Positions 57,559 through 64,000 of a DNA stretch of 64,000 nucleotides are shown here, one piece after another. Both the position numbers and the translations under genes were made by a program. The notes under the pieces are model-generated. The model was not told where the DNA came from. It was given only the letters and a program-made list of their open reading frames with translations, and did no database searches. The stretch comes from Hadesarchaea archaeon (GTDB taxonomy: Archaea; Hadarchaeota; Hadarchaeia; Hadarchaeales; WYZ-LMO6). The DNA lies in assembly GCA_029259185.1 (NCBI GenBank), contig JAPDJF010000001.1, positions 9,156-73,155 of the forward strand, given 5' to 3'. The first letter of the stretch is position 1. Each line of letters opens with the position of its first letter.

Positions 57559-58119
57559 GTGGATCTGTTCAAAAAATATGCGGATTTTTTGCTGCTGAGT
57601 TTTTTCCTCCAAAATCCAACGGGCCAGTTCTATGTAAGAGAACTGGCTGAGAAGTTAGGGCTCAGTCCCTCTAAGGTGAGTGTGGCTTCCAGAGCACTCG
57701 AACTTCAAGGGATATTGAAAAGTGAAGAAAGAGGATTGGCCAAATTTTACAGACTCAACAATGACGTTCCGTTGGTGAAGGCTTTTAAGGTCGTTCACAG
57801 TTTAGCGAAACTCAGCGAAGCTAAGCTCGTCGAAAAACTCTTAGAAAGAGATCCGTCCATAATCTCGATCGCGGTTTATGGAAGCTATGCATCTGGAACG
57901 AACGATGAGAAAAGTGCCATCAAGCTCTTGGTGATCAGTCAGAAAGAAAAAGAAGTGTTTCTAGAGGTATTGAGGAGCATCGAGGAACGTCATGGGATCC
58001 GGCTTGATCTGGAAGTACTCAAGCTCGGGGAGTGGAGAGATCGGGTGAAAAAAAGTGATTCCCTCTATCGAGAAGTTCTTTCCGCCCACATCTTGCTCTT
58101 CGGTTCGAACCTCATCTGA
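57559..58119 (+). CDS. HTH plus minimal nucleotidyltransferase (MNT) protein, the intact paralog of the IS-split gene at 17769/19128
   Basis: N-terminal winged HTH. NT motif IAVYGSYASGTNDEKSAIKLLVIS. Confidence 0.6.
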   Translation: MDLFKKYADFLLLSFFLQNPTGQFYVRELAEKLGLSPSKVSVASRALELQGILKSEERGLAKFYRLNNDVPLVKAFKVVHSLAKLSEAKLVEKLLERDPSIISIAVYGSYASGTNDEKSAIKLLVISQKEKEVFLEVLRSIEERHGIRLDLEVLKLGEWRDRVKKSDSLYREVLSAHILLFGSNLI

Positions 58120-58330
58120 TTGAACTACCTTTTGGAAGAAAATGATTTCGAGAACCCACAAAGCATCAGCTTTGTCGGAGTTCAGAGCGGAGCCGTGGGG
58201 GTGGGGTTAAGAAAATTGAAAATTCTTAATGTGTTTTTGGGTGACCCACACGGCTCCAAACTCGATTTTAAACTTTGGATTATATTAATGCTACGGGGAG
58301 AGGGCTTCCCCACGAAAAAGGCGGGGATTC

Positions 58331-58741
58331 TCATCCTTTGGATAGTTCCTTCTCTATGGCCTTTATGAATTCCTTAGCAGAATCCATTGCTCCTTTAGCA
58401 TCGCTTCGTTTGACAGATAATGTGGGGTCACTATAGATGGCTGAGACGAATCGATTGAACTGATCTAAAGAGGTCACGTGCTCTCTCAGCTCAGGGTATC
58501 GACACCGAAGATACTCGATCATCGTTTGTCTTTCAACCTCGCTCACCCCATTTCTGAAGAGGAGAGCCCTAGCGGCATGAAACATGGAGATGAGCGAGGC
58601 CACCACGGCCATGTCCCGGTATCCTAGAGCATTGCTATCTTTCGCCCGCTTTAACCATTCTTTTGCAACTTTCAGGGATCTCATACTCATGTTCAACGGC
58701 AAAACCAATTTGAATTGCGTCTCAAAATTTAAAAATTTCAA
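58331..58741 (-). CDS. HEPN-domain protein, the toxin-type partner of MNT
   Basis: LKVAKEWLKRAKDSNALGYRDMAVVASLISMFHAARALLFRNG is the HEPN helical pattern. It is convergent with the MNT gene. Confidence 0.55.
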   Translation of the reverse strand: MKFLNFETQFKLVLPLNMSMRSLKVAKEWLKRAKDSNALGYRDMAVVASLISMFHAARALLFRNGVSEVERQTMIEYLRCRYPELREHVTSLDQFNRFVSAIYSDPTLSVKRSDAKGAMDSAKEFIKAIEKELSKG

Positions 58742-58748
58742 ACTTTGG

Positions 58749-59185
58749 CGCTTTGCACAAAAATACCGGAAAACTTAAAATGGTTCCGACAGACCACGTT
58801 CGATGTTGGCCTCCAAGACGATAAGAGCTGAACTCTACGGCCTCACCCGGTTCAAGCGCAAGCTTCTGGAGGACCTCCAAGCCGAGTGGGATCGCGCCCA
58901 GGCCCTTGAGAGGGACTACCGGACTCTGAGAGAGCAAACGAGGCATCCACCAGCCGAACGTGCCACCGCTGCGGAAACGAAGGACGAAGGGTCTCTCAAG
59001 GCTTCTTCAAATGCTCGTCGTGTGGGCTGGAGTACAACGCCGACCTCAACGGAGCCATAAATATTGGAGAGGGGTTCTTGGGCCACTGGCTCAGGGACGG
59101 GGGCGTGGGGCTTTCGCCCCTTTAGGGGATCCCGAGCCTCCAAGCACAAAAATTGGCCTCAGGGCTGATTTTTTTGTGCAGAGCC
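58749..59185 (+). mobile_element. Second MITE-like deletion derivative of the TnpB transposon, 437 bp, with TIRs and a 9-bp TSD (AAACTTTGG)
   Basis: AAACTTTGG lies at 58740-58748 and 59186-59194. Ends are cGCTTTGCACAAAAATACCGG... and ...TTTTTTTGTGCAGAGCC. The interior retains only the tnpB 5-prime fragment (MLASKTIRAELYGLT...) and the 3-prime fragment (…CSSCGLEYNADLNGAINIGEG…). Confidence 0.7.
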
Positions 59186-59299
59186 AAACTTTGGTTCCGT
59201 AAAAGTTTTTGAGGTAATCTCATTAATCTCGCTGGTCAAGGCAGGTGGGTGCGACAAAATCCCATGAGGTGATGTGAATGAGCCCCAGAACAAACCCAA

Positions 59300-59509
59300 A
59301 TGCCCGCCCCTGCGGAGCAGGGTTCTTGGAAGGTCGGCTTAAGCCAAAGCAAGAGGCGAGTCTACAAGTGTAGTTCTTGTAGAAAGAGGTTCAATGAGCG
59401 GGTGGGAACGCCGTTCCATGGACTGCACTTCCCAGAGGGGGGCCGGGTATTTCACGTAACAGGTGCGCCCCATCAGGGGCTGTCGAGTTACGATGTGGGT
59501 GCACTGTGA
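59300..59509 (+). pseudogene. Transposase N-terminal zinc-ribbon fragment (IS1/IS1595-like)
   Basis: YKCSSCRKRFNERVGTPFHGLH resembles transposase zinc-ribbon domains. Only 69 aa with no catalytic domain. Confidence 0.3.
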
Positions 59510-59643
59510 CCTGAAATTTTGCTCCAAGCTTTTTTACGGAACCCAAACTTTGGGATAATCCCAAAGTTTGGAGAAGCCCCCCAAACTCTGGAGAAAGAGG
59601 AAAGAAAATGGGAAAAAAAGAAGAAAAAAATTCGTTTTCTTTT

Positions 59644-62511
59644 TTACTTTTTCACTCGCAGTATCGCGATCGCAGCCAGCACCAACGCGATTATCACGAG
59701 GATTATTGCGTAGGTGCCTGTAGGTGTCACAGTCCGTTCCACCGTGAGTGAAATTGCTGGGCTCGTGTTTCCTGCTGCATCGGTGGCAATCAGCGTGATC
59801 ACATTTGATCCCTCGAAGACACGAATGCTTTTGCTGAAGCTCCCGTCAGCCTCCAGCGGGACAGTTATCGAGGTGTCTCCGTAGCTTATGCGCAACTCGA
59901 TCTCCGTGGGTTCGCTCACGTCATCTGTCACTTTGCCGCTCACGATGACTGAACTCTTGCTTGTGCTCAGCGAGGTCACAGCTTTTCCGTCGATCGTCAG
60001 CTCCGAGATCGTCGGTGGGGTGGCATCAGCCTTCACGTAACCGTATAGCGTTCGTTCACTCTCGTTTCCAGCAACATCAGTCTGGCTTACCTCGATCTTG
60101 GTCGTTACTCCGGCTGTTATGTCCAAGCTAGCGACCCATATCCCGTCTCCATCGGAGTCGGTGACCGTCGTCGCCAGAGTGGCGGTGGTCCACGGGGAAA
60201 CGCTTGTGTAGACGTTGATCGTGGCATAGGGTTCGCAAGTACCGCTTATGGTTATCGTTGTCGTATTCAGAGCTTTAGGTTTGTCGGCTGTCGATGTGGG
60301 GTAGCTCGTTGTCAGGACGGGTACACTCGGTGCTTTCGTGTCAACCACGAACGTATAGGACTTGTTGTCCGATTGCAGATTGTCGCCGGCGATCACGAAT
60401 ATGCGGTACGTGTTATCGGGTAATCCTCCGGTGAAGGAACCTATCGCCAGCGGGATGGTGTTTTCGAAGTTCAGTGTGTAGTTGTCATGAGCGAGGGCGT
60501 TCGCTAAAGTCGCTATCACGGTACCATTCTCATACTGGAGTTGTACACTGTAGCCACCGTTGTCGCTGAACGGCAGGTTCTCTACACCTAGGACGGCATC
60601 AGTTATAGTAAGGGTCAACGTGGGAGTGTTGTCGTTGATCACCACACCGTTCTCAAATGCCTTGCCTCCAATCGTGCCGAACGTAATCGTTGGGGCAGTC
60701 TTGTCGAATGTCACATTCTCCACGTTTTCGGTTCCCTCGTTCCCGGCCTTGTCGATTATCTTGATACCGATCACATGGGTTCCTTCGGTCAGTGACAGCT
60801 GGTAGTGCCAGTACCCACCGTCACCTGTCGTGGCAGTGTAAGTGGTATTATCGATGCGGATCTTCACCGTCATTCCCTTCTGAGTCTGGAGTGCTCCAGC
60901 CACGTTGTCCAGCGCACAGTTCTCCAGTAAGTAGGAACCAACATTGGTCTGAACGCCCGGTAGGGCTGCAAGCATGTCTTGCGGGAACCCTGCTATCTGA
61001 TCCAGCACTGGAGCAGGTGGGGCTATTCTGTCGATGGTGAAAGTACCCGTGTTATCGCTGACAGCGGTGTGCCCGACCAGATCTTCAAGCTGGGAGCCGA
61101 TAACATAGACGGTAGCCGTACCGTCACGCTGTATGTTGTCTCCAGTCGTGTAAGTACCAGTCCATACCGTGTTGTCAGCGTTTGGGGTCATCGATATCTG
61201 AACATTTTCTCCGTTGTTCTCAGCTACCATCACGTTTTCGAGCTTAGCCAAGGGTTCACTAGCCGTGACGGTGATGGTCACGGTCACGTTGTCTTTGACC
61301 CAGTCTGGTGACACACTCACACTCACGGTTGGTGGGGTGTTGTCGACCGTCAGCGTGATTTCCTTCTGAACAAGTGCTCCCTGAGCATCGGTGGTTCGCA
61401 CATAGATGGTATAGTCTCCTCCAGCCGTGGGGGTAATCAGGGCGAACGGGAAGTCGAGTTGTGCACCACTCGCTATCTTGTTGTCCCCTATACCAGCCCA
61501 CTCGGCAAAATTGCCTGTGGGTAGCGTGCTCGTGCCTGTGGTCTGAGTCCATCCTACTGGCTGGTTCTCAGCGGCGGCGGCGGTTTCCGAAGTCATGAGG
61601 AGGTTCTCTCCGGATTTTCTAATGACTCGGGTATTCTCGGCTACCACAGCCCCGATCGCATTTTCGAGCTTCACTAGGGTACCCACTGGTAGTACGACCT
61701 CATTTTCGCCGCTGCCACCCACCGTGGCGGGCAACTCCAACAGGGTACCGGCCGCAATGGTCACAGCTTCGACGTTTTCCTTCTTCGCACTCACATCCGT
61801 GACCGTTGTAGAAGTTCCATTGTCGAGCACCACGTTCTCCTCCTCAGCCATCTTCACGTAGGTATTCTCTCCAACCGTTACGTTCCTGTCTGCGGTCAGG
61901 TACACTAGGGTGTTCTCCGGCAACTTCACGATGTTTCCGCTCAGCACGATTACCTGAGTATCGCTGACAAGTTTCACGTCGCCATTGTCCAGCGTGAATT
62001 CATTTTCAACCGTAGTCTCCACATTTTCGCCAGCCAATTGGGCCCTGGAGTCCTGCTGTAACTTCAAGCTAGCATTTTCGGATAGGAGGTACCAAACCCC
62101 CGTAGTCACCGCTCGCACATTATCCCCGGCTTTTCGGATCACAACCGTTCCACTAGGTACGACGATGTTTTCACCAGGCAGCAAGGACAACGTAGTACCA
62201 GCTGGTAGGACAACAATGTTGTCGTTCCCGACTTCACTTCCGCTAAGTTGGACTACACTATCCTTAGGTATCTTCGTTAGGGTGTTGATCGTAAAGGTGG
62301 AGGGAACGACGATCCGAACGTTATCGATCGCGTCAGGCCCCCCGTTCTGGACGGTTATAGTCAAGACCACCGAGGTATTCTCTCTGACCAAGTTCTCGCT
62401 AATGCTCACCGTGGGTTCATGGGTAGCACTGACGCTGGTCGACACCGCCATAGCGGCAATCGACGTCATCATTATGGCTGCGATCACTAGCGCCGCTTTT
62501 TCTTTCATCAT
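59644..62511 (-). CDS. Large surface (S-layer-like) protein with a signal peptide and a C-terminal transmembrane anchor
   Basis: The start is chosen at MMKEKAALVIAAIMMTSIAAMAVSTSVSA, which has an RBS GGAGG upstream. About 900 aa of Thr/Val/Asn-rich beta-type sequence. C-terminus TYAIILVIIALVLAAIAILRVKK. The ORF-track N-terminal extension to 62748 is probably untranslated. Confidence 0.6.
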   Translation of the reverse strand: MMKEKAALVIAAIMMTSIAAMAVSTSVSATHEPTVSISENLVRENTSVVLTITVQNGGPDAIDNVRIVVPSTFTINTLTKIPKDSVVQLSGSEVGNDNIVVLPAGTTLSLLPGENIVVPSGTVVIRKAGDNVRAVTTGVWYLLSENASLKLQQDSRAQLAGENVETTVENEFTLDNGDVKLVSDTQVIVLSGNIVKLPENTLVYLTADRNVTVGENTYVKMAEEENVVLDNGTSTTVTDVSAKKENVEAVTIAAGTLLELPATVGGSGENEVVLPVGTLVKLENAIGAVVAENTRVIRKSGENLLMTSETAAAAENQPVGWTQTTGTSTLPTGNFAEWAGIGDNKIASGAQLDFPFALITPTAGGDYTIYVRTTDAQGALVQKEITLTVDNTPPTVSVSVSPDWVKDNVTVTITVTASEPLAKLENVMVAENNGENVQISMTPNADNTVWTGTYTTGDNIQRDGTATVYVIGSQLEDLVGHTAVSDNTGTFTIDRIAPPAPVLDQIAGFPQDMLAALPGVQTNVGSYLLENCALDNVAGALQTQKGMTVKIRIDNTTYTATTGDGGYWHYQLSLTEGTHVIGIKIIDKAGNEGTENVENVTFDKTAPTITFGTIGGKAFENGVVINDNTPTLTLTITDAVLGVENLPFSDNGGYSVQLQYENGTVIATLANALAHDNYTLNFENTIPLAIGSFTGGLPDNTYRIFVIAGDNLQSDNKSYTFVVDTKAPSVPVLTTSYPTSTADKPKALNTTTITISGTCEPYATINVYTSVSPWTTATLATTVTDSDGDGIWVASLDITAGVTTKIEVSQTDVAGNESERTLYGYVKADATPPTISELTIDGKAVTSLSTSKSSVIVSGKVTDDVSEPTEIELRISYGDTSITVPLEADGSFSKSIRVFEGSNVITLIATDAAGNTSPAISLTVERTVTPTGTYAIILVIIALVLAAIAILRVKK

Positions 62512-62739
62512 TTTTCCTCCTTTTTTCGGTTTAAGCTCTTGGGGGAGGCTATTTAAGCGTTTCGAACTTGATAATTTCAAATCTTCAAAAATGGAGGAGG
62601 TTGGATCCAACTGGTCAAAATCGTTGAATGTTGAAATCGACATCGACATTTGATGAACTTCAGGAGTTGTACCAGAACCGGTCGCTGTATTCGTTAAATC
62701 CGCTCGGGTTATATCGTCAGAGGGAGAGAAAAGAATAAC

Positions 62740-63174
62740 ATGACGCACATGGTGGACATAGGCGAGAAAGAGGACGTGGTGAGGATCGCCCGAGCGGAAG
62801 GTAAAATCCTTCTCAAACCGGAGACCGTGAAAGCGATTTTAGAAAAAAGAGTGGGAAAAGGTGATGTTATGGTGGCAGCTGAGTTGGCTGCAATAAGTGC
62901 AGCGAAGAGGACCCCAGAGTTGATAGTTCACTGTCATCCCATCCCCCTAAGTCAGGTTAAAGCGACCCTCACTCCGGAGAGCGATGGGATACGTGTCTTC
63001 GTGGAGGTGAGAAGTGTGGGAAAAACAGGGGTCGAAATGGAGGCCTTGGTAGGAGCCTCCATAGCGCTGCTGACCGTATGGGATATGGTAAAATCGCTGG
63101 AAAAAGATGAGAAGGGGCAGTATCCTACCACTGCGATCACTGAAATAAAAGTTTTGGAGAAGATCAAAAATTAG
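62740..63174 (+). CDS. moaC: Cyclic pyranopterin monophosphate synthase accessory protein MoaC
   Basis: MVDIGEK...KGDVMVAAELAAISAAKRTPELIVHCHPIPL is the MoaC signature. Confidence 0.85.
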   Translation: MTHMVDIGEKEDVVRIARAEGKILLKPETVKAILEKRVGKGDVMVAAELAAISAAKRTPELIVHCHPIPLSQVKATLTPESDGIRVFVEVRSVGKTGVEMEALVGASIALLTVWDMVKSLEKDEKGQYPTTAITEIKVLEKIKN

Positions 63175-63259
63175 TCGCGGGATTTGGCCCGGACAAAGGA
63201 GGTTAAAAACTGGTGGAACTCGGGGTGAAGTTAAAGGGTAGAAAAAAGGAGGTTTGACG

Positions 63260-63775
63260 ATGAGCTTTTTCAAACATCGCAGGGAGGCACCGAAACGACT
63301 AAGGGTTGGGGTTCTAACGATTAGTGACTCTAGGTACAGAGCTAAGCAAGAGGGGAGGGATGAGGATGTTTCTGGGAGAATCATTGAGACCAAGCTGCGG
63401 AAAGCGGGGCATGAGGTGTTTAGAGAAATAGTGCCAGATGAAAAGGACATGATAGCCGATATGGTGAAGCGTTTCTTGGAGGATGAGCGCATCGACGCTT
63501 TGATCACATGTGGAGGCACGGGAATAACACACAGGGACGTAACTTTAGAGACCTTGCGTCCGCTCTTTGAGAAGGAGCTTCCCGGATTTGGGGAGCGTCT
63601 GAGGCAGTTGGGATATGAAATGGTTGGTACCCCGGCGCTCCTGACTCGTGCGACTTGTGGCATAGCGAACAGAAAGCCCATCTTTTGTTTGCCCGGCGCT
63701 CCGTCCTCGGTGGAGGTCGGGATGGGTCTCATACTCCCGGAACTCGGGCATGTGGTGAAGCATGCACGTGAGTAA
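63260..63775 (+). CDS. moaB: Molybdopterin adenylyltransferase MoaB/MogA family
   Basis: RVGVLTISDSR...LITCGGTGITHRDVT is the MoCF-biosynthesis domain. An RBS AGGAGG lies 8 nt upstream of the ATG at 63260. Confidence 0.8.
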   Translation: MSFFKHRREAPKRLRVGVLTISDSRYRAKQEGRDEDVSGRIIETKLRKAGHEVFREIVPDEKDMIADMVKRFLEDERIDALITCGGTGITHRDVTLETLRPLFEKELPGFGERLRQLGYEMVGTPALLTRATCGIANRKPIFCLPGAPSSVEVGMGLILPELGHVVKHARE

Positions 63776-63779
63776 ATCC

Positions 63780-64000
63780 ATGTCAAGCAAACGAATGCGG
63801 GGGTTCGAGAGCTACCTCAAGTTCGAGGATGCGTTGAAAGTTGTGCTATCTGAAGTGAGACCTCTGGGCTGGGAGTGGGTTCCCTTCCATAATGCATGTG
63901 GGAGGATTTTGAGTGAAAGTGTGGTCTCTAAAATAGACTTCCCCCCATTCGACAGAGCGGCGGTCGATGGCTATGCGGTTAGAGCATCCGACACTTTCGG
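63780..64000 (+). CDS. moeA: Molybdopterin molybdenumtransferase MoeA, N-terminal part; continues beyond the window end
   Basis: LKFEDALKVVLSEVRPLGWEWVPFHNACGRILSESVVSKIDFPPFDRAAVDGYAV is the MoeA N-domain pattern. Confidence 0.7.
   Translation, partial: MSSKRMRGFESYLKFEDALKVVLSEVRPLGWEWVPFHNACGRILSESVVSKIDFPPFDRAAVDGYAVRASDTF

Noticed and set aside
62512-62748. 79-codon N-terminal extension of the S-layer-like ORF
   Set aside because: The downstream ATGATG has a canonical GGAGG RBS and is followed immediately by a typical signal peptide. The extension has no hydrophobic or conserved features.
1-64000. CRISPR arrays
   Set aside because: No regularly spaced direct repeats of 24-40 bp were seen. 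The only repeated DNA is the TnpB transposon family and short tandem repeats inside the fibre-repeat gene.

Overview
This 64-kb window comes from an archaeal chromosome. PolD, Cdc6/Orc1, MCM, GINS, archaeal primase, PCNA, aIF2, Nop10 and the exosome subunit Csl4 are all present. Coding density is high, and most of the window is core information-processing and biosynthetic genes.

Core genes:
- A replication block: MCM (with a 467-aa LAGLIDADG intein), a putative Gins23, Cdc6/Orc1, PolD small subunit, a HAD hydrolase, and PolD large subunit.
- A second block: TFS, an OB-fold protein, PCNA, PriL, PriS, and Gins51. It is followed by the conserved L44e, S27e, aIF2-alpha, Nop10, PAC2 cluster.
- Amino-acid metabolism: an ACT-domain protein, hom, thrC, glyA, and glnA.
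- Other genes: nadE, guaA, queC, MTAP and MtnA, ATP-dependent DNA ligase, a RecJ/GAN-like protein, a PiT phosphate permease with DUF47 and PhoU-like partners, Dph2, Csl4, RpoL, signal peptidase, the diadenylate cyclase DacZ, and MoaC, MoaB and MoeA.
- Four tRNAs: Ser-CGA, Thr-CGU, Leu-UAG, and a Glu-UUC that appears to carry two introns, one in the D-loop and one in the anticodon loop.

Accessory and mobile content is the most unusual part:
- A 1155-bp TnpB-only transposon has 15-bp perfect terminal inverted repeats and a 9-bp target-site duplication. Two internally deleted MITE-like derivatives keep both ends and have their own 9-bp duplications. This is not expected for the IS200/IS605 family.
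- An IS630-family element has an in-frame TGA in its transposase. It has split an HTH-nucleotidyltransferase gene whose intact paralog lies 40 kb away next to a HEPN gene.
- A toxin-antitoxin island sits just downstream of tRNA-Thr: HicAB, the split MNT gene, and an AbrB plus PIN remnant.
- A second, decayed TnpB family lies next to a JAMM protease.
- Also noted: an NreA-like protein translationally coupled to a radical-SAM protein, a membrane-anchored protein with phage-tail-fibre repeats, a free-standing LAGLIDADG gene beside an ORB-like dyad, and two GC-rich structured intergenic regions that may be ncRNAs.
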